A stretch of 33,977 nt of DNA. It comes from a virus. Both the position numbers and the translations under genes were made by a program. The stretch covers positions 1-33,977 of the IMG/VR virus record IMGVR_UViG_3300025018_000080; one strand, 5' to 3'. The notes beneath the pieces were generated by a model. It had not been told where the DNA came from. It saw only the letters and a program-made list of their open reading frames with translations, and made no database searches. Every line of letters begins with the position of its first letter. Position 1 is the first letter of the stretch. Shown here piece after piece: positions 14,607 through 22,895 of the stretch.

Positions 14607-15041
14607 ATGAACAAAGTAATGCTCATCGGCAATTTAGCAAAAGATGTTGAATTGCGAACCACCACCAACGGAAAGGCGGTTGCCACCTGCTCAATCGCTA
14701 CCAACAAAAGGTATAAAGACCAAGCCGGACAAGTTCAATCGGTTGTGCAATTTCACAACTTAGTTGTTTGGGGAAACCCCGCAAACACATTTGCTCAATA
14801 TCTGCGTAAAGGTTCAAAGGTCGCAATCGTGGGAGAACTACAAACCCGTGATTATATGACGAAAGATAATCAAAAGCGTTATGTCACGGAGGTCGTGGTC
14901 AGTGAGTTTGAATTTTTGACACCTGCTAATCAGGGTCAACAAAATCAAGGTCAGCAAGATTATTCACAACCCGAACCGGCAAATGATTGGTCACAGGGAG
15001 AGCCGGAGGAGGAGATTAAGGTTGAAAATATACCATTTTAA
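14607..15041 (+). CDS. ssb: single-stranded DNA-binding protein
   Basis: MNKVMLIGNLAKDVELRTTTNGKAVATCSIATN is an OB-fold signature. It has a Gln/Gly-rich linker and an acidic C-terminal tip ending ENIPF. Confidence 0.9.
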   Translation: MNKVMLIGNLAKDVELRTTTNGKAVATCSIATNKRYKDQAGQVQSVVQFHNLVVWGNPANTFAQYLRKGSKVAIVGELQTRDYMTKDNQKRYVTEVVVSEFEFLTPANQGQQNQGQQDYSQPEPANDWSQGEPEEEIKVENIPF

Positions 15042-15052
15042 ATTTTATCAAT

Positions 15053-15706
15053 ATGGCGAAAGCAAAAAAAATTGAAACAAGCGAGAGTGAGATGATTATT
15101 TGCGGTCAATCGGAGGCCTCAATCCGTAAAGCATATTTTGATAATGAACTCGTGCCCCTGTTAAACAAAATACAGGGGTCGGGGAAATACGATGTTGGTG
15201 AGGTTGAAAAGTTGGGGTTATTTTTAGAGAGTTTGAGAACCGAGGGAAAAAGTATGATTGACGATCTGCTCAAGGTATTCGGCGGAAAGATTATTGATGA
15301 GGGCGTGCCCCCTACTGTTGATGAGTTAAGGGACGGGGCAGACGATAGGGTTTGGCGTGAAAAAGCGGACAAGGCAATTATTTACATTGAGGAAACCTTG
15401 AACAAAATCCGGGACGGGATTGCGAACAAAAAACCATTTGCCTCGGGGTTTTGGAGTGATACAGCAATGACATTCCTTTCAATGCAGGATTTGTTGGACA
15501 AGGATTTGATTTACAAGAGGCAGTTATACAAAGCCCGTTTGACTAAAATCATTGACGATCACGGAGTAAGCAGGAAAGAGGCGGAGGAGAGAGCAGAATT
15601 GACCAAGGAGTATTTTGATTACAGGGCTCTTGATAAGTTGGCAAAGAGGTTAGAGGAATTTTATACATTTGCCCGGAGGAGAGATGATGAAACAAATCAC
15701 CGCTAA
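15053..15706 (+). CDS. hypothetical protein
   Basis: 217-aa ORF. Confidence 0.45.
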   Translation: MAKAKKIETSESEMIICGQSEASIRKAYFDNELVPLLNKIQGSGKYDVGEVEKLGLFLESLRTEGKSMIDDLLKVFGGKIIDEGVPPTVDELRDGADDRVWREKADKAIIYIEETLNKIRDGIANKKPFASGFWSDTAMTFLSMQDLLDKDLIYKRQLYKARLTKIIDDHGVSRKEAEERAELTKEYFDYRALDKLAKRLEEFYTFARRRDDETNHR

Positions 15707-16025
15707 AAATATGACATTGACAATTAAAGACTTCCAAAGGGAGGAATTGGGAGAGGGTAAGCATTACTTATCGGCAAAGTTTGGAGATTATGAGATTTGC
15801 CTTGAGCCTTGCTTATCCGGTTATTGTGTCGGGATTTATAAGTTTGGCCCCGATGAAAAGATTGCCGGATTGATTACAGGAAAGAAATGCACGGACTTCA
15901 AATTTAAGAGTAGGGAAAACCGACTATTGTTCGGGGTTGACGGACTTAAAAAAGGCGAGGCAAATATGGTAAAATTGCGTGCGATGAAATTCGCTAACGA
16001 ATTTTACAAATCTTTTATAAACTAA
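15684..16025 (+). CDS. hypothetical protein
   Basis: Tandem ATGs at 15684 and 15687 are preceded by GGAGGAG (15675-15681), one of very few SD-like sequences in the genome. The track start 15669 is TTG. Confidence 0.45.
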   Translation: MMKQITAKNMTLTIKDFQREELGEGKHYLSAKFGDYEICLEPCLSGYCVGIYKFGPDEKIAGLITGKKCTDFKFKSRENRLLFGVDGLKKGEANMVKLRAMKFANEFYKSFIN

Positions 16026-16034
16026 TTTGTTTTT

Positions 16035-16778
16035 ATGGCGACAGAACAAAAGGCCGTTAAATTGGCCGAAATTCAAAAAAGCACAAATGACCTTGTGCCT
16101 GTGGTCGGGAATATGACGATCACGAGTGAGAGTGAACAAAAGGGTGCTATTGACTTGAGCAACCAAATCAAAGCGAGGATTAAGAGAGTTGAGGAGTTGA
16201 GGAAATTTTTTGTTGAGGATTTAACCCGAAAGGTTAATGAAATCAATGCGGAGTTTAGAGCAGTCCGAAAACCATTGGAGGATATGCTTGAGCAGATTGA
16301 CGGAAAATTGCTTGATTGGAGAAAAAAGGAAATGGCACGGATTGAGGCAGAAAGAAAAAAAGAGGAGGAACGAAAACGCAAGGAGTTTGAAAAAGAGCAG
16401 GAGAAGTTGAGGAAACAGGCTGAAAAAGAGGCAGAGGCTGAAAAGAAAAGACTTGCAAAACTTGAGTTGAGTAAGAAAGAGGAAAAGGCGGAGTTGAAAC
16501 GGATTGAGGAGGAAAAGGCGGCCAAGATTGAGGAGGCTAAACAGGACGATTTTGTTTTTGATGATAGTGATTTTAAACAGTCAAAGACAGTCCACTCCGA
16601 AACTGGGTCAGCAACCTTCAAAAAGACTTGGGATTTCAAAGTCATTGACCCGTTGAAAATTCCGAGAGAGTATTTGCAGGTTGACCTCGTTGCGATCAGA
16701 AAGGCAGTTAAGGACGGGGCAAGGGTTATTCCGGGAGTGGATATTTTTGAAACAGAAGTGATTAACAGAAAAGTTTAA
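16035..16778 (+). CDS. coiled-coil Lys/Glu-rich protein (function unknown)
   Basis: 247 aa with a central KKEEERKRKEFEKEQEKLRKQAEKEAEAEKK tract. Confidence 0.45.
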   Translation: MATEQKAVKLAEIQKSTNDLVPVVGNMTITSESEQKGAIDLSNQIKARIKRVEELRKFFVEDLTRKVNEINAEFRAVRKPLEDMLEQIDGKLLDWRKKEMARIEAERKKEEERKRKEFEKEQEKLRKQAEKEAEAEKKRLAKLELSKKEEKAELKRIEEEKAAKIEEAKQDDFVFDDSDFKQSKTVHSETGSATFKKTWDFKVIDPLKIPREYLQVDLVAIRKAVKDGARVIPGVDIFETEVINRKV

Positions 16779-16787
16779 CTTAATTAT

Positions 16788-16946
16788 ATGGACACCTTAG
16801 TCACAATCTACATTTTGTTAGCGGTAGCATTGGAGGTCGTTGTCGGGGTTGTCTTGATTAACGGGTGCAGTCGCAGAGTTGGAAACAATTTTGCGATTGC
16901 CTCGTTTATCGTGGCAATTCTTGGAATGGCACTTTTGATTTTATAG
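16788..16946 (+). CDS. small membrane protein (52 aa, 2 TM segments), absent from the ORF track
   Basis: ATG 16788 to TAG 16944-16946 encodes MDTLVTIYILLAVALEVVVGVVLING...IASFIVAILGMALLIL and fills the gap exactly. Confidence 0.45.
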   Translation: MDTLVTIYILLAVALEVVVGVVLINGCSRRVGNNFAIASFIVAILGMALLIL

Positions 16947-16947
16947 T

Positions 16948-17316
16948 ATGCGACCAATACCGATGAAACTAAGAACCGAGATTGCCAAAGACCCGTTTAT
17001 GGCTCGGTGCATTTACTGCGATTTAAAAAGACAAAATGAGTGTCGTGGCAAGATAGAATGGGAACACGCTTGGATTTACGCAGGGAAACAGATTAACGAG
17101 AAATGGGCGATTGTGCCAGTTTGCACTTACCACCACAGAGGGAATGGCCTTGATAAGGGCTACAACCAATACAGGGCGATTATCAGGGCAGACATTAGCG
17201 ATCTGCAAATGCGTATGCCAAAAAGAGATTGGGTTCAGATTAAAAAACATCTTGTTGAAAAATACAAGACAAATCAGGTGGTTGATGTGGTTGAGTTCAC
17301 GCCACCAAAACTTTAA
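16948..17316 (+). CDS. HNH-like / zinc-finger nuclease candidate
   Basis: CIYC...EWEH...N...VCTYHH spacing is compatible with an HNH (beta-beta-alpha-metal) fold. Confidence 0.35.
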   Translation: MRPIPMKLRTEIAKDPFMARCIYCDLKRQNECRGKIEWEHAWIYAGKQINEKWAIVPVCTYHHRGNGLDKGYNQYRAIIRADISDLQMRMPKRDWVQIKKHLVEKYKTNQVVDVVEFTPPKL

Positions 17317-17355
17317 AATTTAATAACCTAAACGATTTAGGTGCTTGTCAATCGT

Positions 17356-17820
17356 ATGGTGGAAAAAAATTTCCAAACGCTATTTAGTGCTTGGGCAATA
17401 AAAAATAAAAGTTATATCAAAACCAAATTCGGAAAGTGTGCGGTTTTTGAGTTGAAGTTAAGCAAAACAAAGTCAATAAGGTTTGACGAATTAAGGGAAC
17501 ATCAGGGAGTTGCTTTGACAGAAGTGACGGGGGTTGGTTGTTATCATAAAATAACAGACCAACCGGTGTCTTGGGGGGCTGAAACAAAAATCAGGTTTAC
17601 CGCTAAAAAACCTTTTGACTGTTTTTTTATTTCAGAGAGCCCGGCATTTGTTGTGGTCTTTTTTTATGTCAAGGGACAGAGAGCAAAAGACAGGGAGATG
17701 ATTTTTATTAGGATTGAGGATTGGCTCAAGGAATGGAAAATCGCAGAAGCAGAGGGTCGCAAGTCAGTCCGGGAGGAATACTTACGATCAATCGGAATAG
17801 TGGAAAAACTGGGGGATTAA
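17356..17820 (+). CDS. RecU/VRR-NUC-like Holliday junction resolvase candidate
   Basis: AVFELK(x12)ELREHQGVAL resembles the RecU ExK...HQ motif. ATG 17356 is preferred over GTG 17341. Confidence 0.4.
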   Translation: MVEKNFQTLFSAWAIKNKSYIKTKFGKCAVFELKLSKTKSIRFDELREHQGVALTEVTGVGCYHKITDQPVSWGAETKIRFTAKKPFDCFFISESPAFVVVFFYVKGQRAKDREMIFIRIEDWLKEWKIAEAEGRKSVREEYLRSIGIVEKLGD

Positions 17821-17826
17821 ACAGTC

Positions 17827-17855
17827 TTGCAGTTGTTTAAAAAATAGTTTATAAT
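17827..17855 (+). promoter_or_regulatory. sigma70-like promoter
   Basis: TTGCAG (17827-17832), a 17-nt spacer, then TATAAT (17850-17855). The -10 hexamer ends 6 nt before ATG 17862. Confidence 0.6.
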
Positions 17856-17861
17856 AACAAT

Positions 17862-18587
17862 ATGGAGTGCAAAGAAACTGAAATTTTAAAACCAAGTTTT
17901 TGGGCGGTTATTCCGGCAACTGTTCGTTATGACGAAAAGGTCGGGTCAACGGCCAAATTGCTCTATGCGGAGATAACTGCTTTAAGCAATGCTCAAGGTT
18001 ACTGTTGGGCCTCCAATGAGTATTTTGGGAAGTTGTTTAACATAACACCAAAACAAGCAAGTCGGTTGATTGCCGATTTATGTGAGAGAGGATTTTTAAA
18101 AAGTTATATTGACGGACAGGCGGGAAACCAAAGGAAACTTTACCCGCAATCAACTGTTGAGAATGAACCAATGCCGGACACAAAGAGGGTCAAGACATTG
18201 GCAGAGAGATTTGAGGAACAGGTCGGGCCGGTAGTCACGGAGTTGGCAGATGAAAAAAAAGCATTTTTGGATTATTGGACCGCAAAGAATGACGGAGGAA
18301 AAAAAGAGCATTGGCAGAAACAGACAACTTTTGCGATGAGGCAGAGGTGGGCTACTTGGAAAAGAAATAAAAGGGATTGGAGTAAGCCAAGCCAAAAGTT
18401 GCCGACTGATGATGAGTTGAGAAAGAGTGCAAAGAGAGAGGCGGACAGAAAAGGACGAGAGGAGGCGGAAAGAAAAGAAAGAGCAGAAAGGGATAGACCA
18501 AGGACACCCGAGGAACAGGCAAGAATAGATAAGCAGTTGGCAATAGTGAGAGAAAGTTTAAAAAATAAATTTAGTATAAAACAATGA
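17862..18587 (+). CDS. replisome organiser / replication initiator-like HTH protein
   Basis: FWAVIPATVRYDEKVGSTAKLLYAEITALSNAQGYCWASNEYFGKLFNITPKQASRLIADLCERGFL is the typical N-terminal wHTH of phage replication organisers. The C-terminal tail is Arg/Glu-rich. Confidence 0.5.
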   Translation: MECKETEILKPSFWAVIPATVRYDEKVGSTAKLLYAEITALSNAQGYCWASNEYFGKLFNITPKQASRLIADLCERGFLKSYIDGQAGNQRKLYPQSTVENEPMPDTKRVKTLAERFEEQVGPVVTELADEKKAFLDYWTAKNDGGKKEHWQKQTTFAMRQRWATWKRNKRDWSKPSQKLPTDDELRKSAKREADRKGREEAERKERAERDRPRTPEEQARIDKQLAIVRESLKNKFSIKQ

Positions 18588-18796
18588 ACGCTAAAACATC
18601 AAAGAAAATCCGCAAAGGCACTAAGCACTCTTTTATAATCTTTTTAAGAAAGAGGCCCCGATTTATGCCTAAATGGATTTATAGATTAGCCGCCTTGATT
18701 ATCTTTAATGATGACGGGATTGAGTTGATTGGTGCTCTTTATGGATTGAGAAAATCTGTAAAGTTTAACGGGGTTAAATACAAAATAAAGCAATAA
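18584..18796 (+). CDS. hypothetical basic protein
   Basis: 70-aa ORF with an ATGA overlap with the upstream gene. Confidence 0.4.
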   Translation: MNAKTSKKIRKGTKHSFIIFLRKRPRFMPKWIYRLAALIIFNDDGIELIGALYGLRKSVKFNGVKYKIKQ

Positions 18797-18800
18797 CTTT

Positions 18801-19247
18801 ATGGATATAAATAAAACAATAAAAAGAAACCTATTTTTTAAAGTAGATTTTGACGGGAGGTATAAAAAAACCAAGAAAGGAATTAAGCAGGAAGTTAAAT
18901 TTTATTTGGTCGGGAGTGTGCCTGTTGTTATTGAATATGAGGACGAGAGCAAAGAGAGGTCAATTATAAATATACCTGTTGAAGTTAAACAAGACCCGTA
19001 TTTGAGGCTTATGCACGGGGCCAAGTATGAACACTTAAAAGATGTTAAAAAGGCGATCAAGGAAAAATTTAACCTTGATGTTGATTACAAGAAAGAGGCT
19101 GATGAGGTTGTTGGGAGGGCACAGAAAGCAATTAAGCAGGTGATTGATAAAGGTGAATTTATGGGAAAGAAAATCAAGAGCCTTTTAATAATTAACATAG
19201 GCAAACAAGAATATGAGCAAACTAAAAATAATACAAAAAAAGGTTAG
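18801..19247 (+). CDS. hypothetical protein
   Basis: 148-aa ORF. Confidence 0.45.
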   Translation: MDINKTIKRNLFFKVDFDGRYKKTKKGIKQEVKFYLVGSVPVVIEYEDESKERSIINIPVEVKQDPYLRLMHGAKYEHLKDVKKAIKEKFNLDVDYKKEADEVVGRAQKAIKQVIDKGEFMGKKIKSLLIINIGKQEYEQTKNNTKKG

Positions 19248-19818
19248 TGAGTTAAAGCCTGCGGAGTATAACCCCCGCAAGATTGGCACTAAGGAAAAAA
19301 TGGAATTGACGAAGTCACTTAAAAAGTTTGATTTTGTTGAGCCCATTGTTATCAATGTTAATCCGAAAAGGAAGGACATTGTTATTGGTGGACACCAAAG
19401 ATTAAAGATTGCTAAGGAGTTGGGAATGGTTGAAGTGCCTTGCGTTGGTGTTAATCTTGGGCCGAAAGAGGAGAAAGAGCTTAATTTAAGATTGAATAAA
19501 AACAAAGGCGAGTTTGATGTTGATTTACTTGCTGGCCTTGATGAGGATTTGTTAAGGGAGGTCGGATTTATGGAAAAAGAATTGAGCAAAGTTTTTGCTG
19601 ACGGATTAGAGAATGGAAAAGAGGAGGAGTTTAGCAGTGAGGTTTTAGAGGAAAATAATTATTTGGTTTTTACTTTTAATAATTCGGTTGATTGGTTGGC
19701 AATCTCCGATTTTTTTAAATTAAAATCTGTCTTGGCAAAAGACAGTAAGACTGATTATAAACGCAAAGGGGTTGGCCGTGTATTGGACGGCTCTGCTCTT
19801 TTGGATTTAATTAAATAA
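19213..19818 (+). CDS. ParB-like nuclease (ParB N-terminal / sulfiredoxin-fold) domain protein
   Basis: VSELKPAEYNPRKI...IVIGGHQRLKIAKELG matches the ParB N-domain boxes (GxxR). Confidence 0.6.
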   Translation: MSKLKIIQKKVSELKPAEYNPRKIGTKEKMELTKSLKKFDFVEPIVINVNPKRKDIVIGGHQRLKIAKELGMVEVPCVGVNLGPKEEKELNLRLNKNKGEFDVDLLAGLDEDLLREVGFMEKELSKVFADGLENGKEEEFSSEVLEENNYLVFTFNNSVDWLAISDFFKLKSVLAKDSKTDYKRKGVGRVLDGSALLDLIK

Positions 19819-19900
19819 ATTTAATCTTATGGCAAAGGAAACAAAAATGAAATTTAAAATCCTTGCTTTATCTGCGAATGATAAGGCTATGGAGTAGGCT

Positions 19901-20266
19901 ATGAAAATTAAAAGCCCGTTTGGATTAACCGAGGCTAAATGCGGTTATTCAATTAACATCTCAATAGATGAGGAATATTTTGCTCAAAGAGTTGAGGAGT
20001 TAAATAATAAAATAAAAAATGCCGAGGCTAAGCCCGATATGTTTGAGGATTACAAGGGAACAATACAATCCTTAAAAGATAATATTAAGGGGGTTGAGTT
20101 GGATAAAAAAGAGGCCGAGGAGTTGGAGATTGAGGATTTTACTGCAACCGTTAGTCAAGTGGATTTTTCAAAAGATACTCTGCTTTTGGAAATACCCGAG
20201 GAGGTTGTGGCTGATATAATTAAACTAAGGCATAATGTTGAGGCTTATGTCGTTAACCTAAAATAA
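19901..20266 (+). CDS. hypothetical acidic protein
   Basis: 121-aa ORF. GGAG lies 6 nt upstream of the ATG. Confidence 0.45.
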   Translation: MKIKSPFGLTEAKCGYSINISIDEEYFAQRVEELNNKIKNAEAKPDMFEDYKGTIQSLKDNIKGVELDKKEAEELEIEDFTATVSQVDFSKDTLLLEIPEEVVADIIKLRHNVEAYVVNLK

Positions 20267-20267
20267 T

Positions 20268-20363
20268 ATGAACTTATTTAAAGCAGGAATAAAAATAACT
20301 ATGGGCTGTTTTGGATTGATTATGTTGATTGCTATTATTTTCGTATTAAGTGCTTTACTATAA
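20268..20363 (+). CDS. small membrane peptide (31 aa), absent from the ORF track
   Basis: ATG 20268 to TAA 20361-20363 encodes MNLFKAGIKITMGCFGLIMLIAIIFVLSALL. Confidence 0.3.
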   Translation: MNLFKAGIKITMGCFGLIMLIAIIFVLSALL

Positions 20364-20367
20364 AATT

Positions 20368-21108
20368 ATGTTTACTATTGCTATACCAAGTTATAAAAGA
20401 GCAAATGATTGTTTGACTGCTAAAAAATTTAGTCGGGGAGTTATTTTTTGCCACGAGTTTGAAGTTGAGGAATACAAAAAACATAACAAAAACAAAATTG
20501 TTGTGATACCCGATGAGTTGGCAGGTAAAGGTATGGCCACGATCAGAAATTTTATTTTAGACAATACGAAAACCGAGCAAGTAGTTATGCTTGATGATGA
20601 CATTAAGCAATTTGGATATTACGAAAATTTGCAGATGTTTATAATGACCGAGGGGGAAGTTTATGATTTATTTGAGAATAATTTTAGAATGGCCATTGAA
20701 ATAAAAACAAAACTTTGGGGGCTCAATTTACAGAGTGACAAAAAGTTTTATCGGGAATATAGCCCGTTATCACTCTCCTCTGTAATTTTGGGCCCCTGTA
20801 TGGGGATAATCAAGGACGAGGATTTGAGATTTGATGTGAGGCTTGGACTTAAAGAGGATTATGATTATTCAATACAGGCATTAAGAAAATTTAGAAAGGT
20901 TTTAAGATTTAATAAATATCACTACATTTCTGCTCACATAAAAAAGAAAGGCGGTTGTGCCTCTTATCGGACTATGAAAAAAGAGGAGGACCAAGCTAAC
21001 CTCTTTCAAAAGAAATGGGGCAGACAGATTGTAGAAATTAAAAGGAAAACTCAAGGGGGCAATATGAGCATTAACCCCGTTGTGAGGATACCGATTAAAG
21101 GGATATGA
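20368..21108 (+). CDS. GT-A-fold glycosyltransferase-like protein
   Basis: ATG 20368 is preferred over GTG 20350. FTIAIPSYKR is an N-terminal strand typical of GT-A enzymes, VVMLDDDI is a DxD-type motif, and KEDYDY is a second acidic motif. Confidence 0.4.
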   Translation: MFTIAIPSYKRANDCLTAKKFSRGVIFCHEFEVEEYKKHNKNKIVVIPDELAGKGMATIRNFILDNTKTEQVVMLDDDIKQFGYYENLQMFIMTEGEVYDLFENNFRMAIEIKTKLWGLNLQSDKKFYREYSPLSLSSVILGPCMGIIKDEDLRFDVRLGLKEDYDYSIQALRKFRKVLRFNKYHYISAHIKKKGGCASYRTMKKEEDQANLFQKKWGRQIVEIKRKTQGGNMSINPVVRIPIKGI

Positions 21109-21320
21109 AACAATGGGAAAACCTAAAAGAAAATAAATGCCCGACTTGTGGCGAGAATATCAAGAGGAGATACAATGAGAATTTTAAATGCGAGAGATGT
21201 GGCTTTTACTGCCGACTGGGTAGAGCAAGGGAAATATTGGGAGATTTAGATGAGAGAAATATTGACAAGGGGGCTGACGAGTTTTTAAAAAAGCATAATT
21301 GCTATATACCAAAATATTAA
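21105..21320 (+). CDS. zinc-ribbon protein
   Basis: CPTCG(x13)CERCG forms a four-Cys ribbon. 71 aa. Confidence 0.5.
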   Translation: MKQWENLKENKCPTCGENIKRRYNENFKCERCGFYCRLGRAREILGDLDERNIDKGADEFLKKHNCYIPKY

Positions 21321-21338
21321 CAAACTAATTATAAATTT

Positions 21339-22103
21339 ATGAAAATTGGAATTTTAGGACTTGGCGAAGTGGGCCAAGCAATCAAGGAAGTATATTTGAA
21401 TAACCCAAAAGGGAAAGAGTTTGAAATAGTCGTTTGCGATAAAGCTAAAAATCTTTATCAATTTGAAGTGCCAAACGATGAGGGAGATGTTATGCAATAT
21501 TTACATATCTGTTTACCTTACAATGAGAAGTTTGAGGATTTGGTTGAGGCAGTATGTAAAAAGTATAACCCAGGGATTACTATTATTCACTCTACTGTTA
21601 AAGTCGGGACTACTAAAAGATTAAACGATAAAGTCGGGAGAGTGGTGCATAGTCCGATCAGGGGAGTTCACCCAAAACTGTATGAGGGAGTTAAGACCTT
21701 TGTTAAGTATATCGGCTATGATGAGTTTGATGTTGGGAATATGATTGCTACTCACTTCTCCGATGACTTGGGGTTAGATGTTGGAATGTTTGAAAATTCA
21801 AAGACCACTGAATTGGGCAAATTGTTATCTACTACCTATTACGGAATGGCGATTGCTTTTCATAACTATACAAATAAAATTTGCAAGGAGAATGGATTGG
21901 ACTTTGATAAAGTGATGACTGATTTTAATGGGACTTACAATGAGGGGTATAAGAAACTCGGCAAAGAGAATGTTATTAGACCAGTATTGTATGCCCCCGA
22001 GGACGGAAAGATTGGAGGCCATTGTATAATCCCTAATGCTAAAATATTGAAAGAGCAATTTGGAGATAGCGAAGTTTTAAAAATGATTTTAGATTTAGAA
22101 TAA
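21339..22103 (+). CDS. truncated nucleotide-sugar (UDP-glucose/GDP-mannose family) dehydrogenase-like protein
   Basis: N-terminal Rossmann motif KIGILGLGEVG, a central helix TTELGKLLSTTYYGMAIAFHN, and the catalytic-Cys motif IGGHCIIPN. At 254 aa it lacks the usual C-terminal nucleotide-sugar-binding domain. Confidence 0.55.
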   Translation: MKIGILGLGEVGQAIKEVYLNNPKGKEFEIVVCDKAKNLYQFEVPNDEGDVMQYLHICLPYNEKFEDLVEAVCKKYNPGITIIHSTVKVGTTKRLNDKVGRVVHSPIRGVHPKLYEGVKTFVKYIGYDEFDVGNMIATHFSDDLGLDVGMFENSKTTELGKLLSTTYYGMAIAFHNYTNKICKENGLDFDKVMTDFNGTYNEGYKKLGKENVIRPVLYAPEDGKIGGHCIIPNAKILKEQFGDSEVLKMILDLE

Positions 22104-22105
22104 AT

Positions 22106-22369
22106 ATGAAGTTAACCAAAGAGCAAGCAAAAGAAATAAACGGACTAAGAAAGATTGCTAATAAGAGGGCGATTAAAATTTGGATTAGTGCTATATTTAT
22201 AACAGGGGCTATTATTCTTATTCAAGCGATTATCGGGAAATGGATTGTTAAGTTTATCGGAATTGAATTAAGTATGCTTGAGGCGATCATAGCAGTTATA
22301 ATTGCAAACTTTATAGCAGGGTTTTTAAAGATAGTTAAATATGCCAAGAAAAAAAGAAAACAAAAATAA
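22106..22369 (+). CDS. membrane protein (2 TM segments)
   Basis: 87 aa with IWISAIFITGAIILIQAII and AIIAVIIANFIAGFL. Confidence 0.45.
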   Translation: MKLTKEQAKEINGLRKIANKRAIKIWISAIFITGAIILIQAIIGKWIVKFIGIELSMLEAIIAVIIANFIAGFLKIVKYAKKKRKQK

Positions 22370-22895
22370 TGGATTGCCAGAGATTATTATAAAGGGCAAA
22401 AAAAAACCAATAAAAAAGAATGTTGGCAAGGTTAAGGTTGTTAAAAAGGTTGTAAATAAGAATAATAAACTTAACAAGCCTAAGGGGGGAAAGAAAGGGA
22501 GAGCAAATGAGAATTATGATGATACAAAAATACAGGAAAGAATTGCTAAAAAAAAGGCTTTGGTTTTAGAGGGGTTGAAAGATAGTTTTGGAATAGTCAC
22601 CAATGCAATCGCTAAGGCTGATGTGAGCAATGTGACTTTTTATACTTGGTATAGAGATGACAAAGACTTTGCTAAGGGTGTTGATGATATACAGGGGCAG
22701 ATTGAGGTTATTGTTGATGATAGAATTAAACAGGGCATATTAAACAATGACGGGGCAATGATTAGATTTTATGCCTCTGCCTGTATGAAAAAATATAGAA
22801 ACAAATTAGGAATTGGACAAGGTGAGGATTTAGAGCCTTTTGAGTTCATAATCAAGACTAAAAAAATAACCGATGACGAAAATGCCGAGGATTGA
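22341..22895 (+). CDS. terS: terminase small subunit
   Basis: Immediately upstream of and overlapping TerL. It has an extremely Lys-rich N-terminus followed by the HTH-like segment GIVTNAIAKADVSNVTFYTWYRDDKDF. Confidence 0.6.
   Translation: MPRKKENKNNGLPEIIIKGKKKPIKKNVGKVKVVKKVVNKNNKLNKPKGGKKGRANENYDDTKIQERIAKKKALVLEGLKDSFGIVTNAIAKADVSNVTFYTWYRDDKDFAKGVDDIQGQIEVIVDDRIKQGILNNDGAMIRFYASACMKKYRNKLGIGQGEDLEPFEFIIKTKKITDDENAED

Noticed and set aside
16073-16645. 190-aa minus-strand ORF (Ser/Phe/Leu-rich)
   Set aside because: It lies entirely antisense to the Lys/Glu-rich coiled-coil gene 16035..16778. Its composition is the mirror image of AAG/GAA/GAG codons, and it has no promoter or start context of its own.
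19829-19897. 22-aa ORF (MAKETKMKFKILALSANDKAME) in the gap before 19901
   Set aside because: It has the typical ATGGC start context but is too short to support without expression data. It could be a leader peptide.
21317-21329. 13-nt match ATTAACAAACTAA shared with 28478-28490
   Set aside because: Several exact 13-mers are expected by chance among all position pairs in 34 kb of AT-rich sequence, and there is no extended similarity around them.
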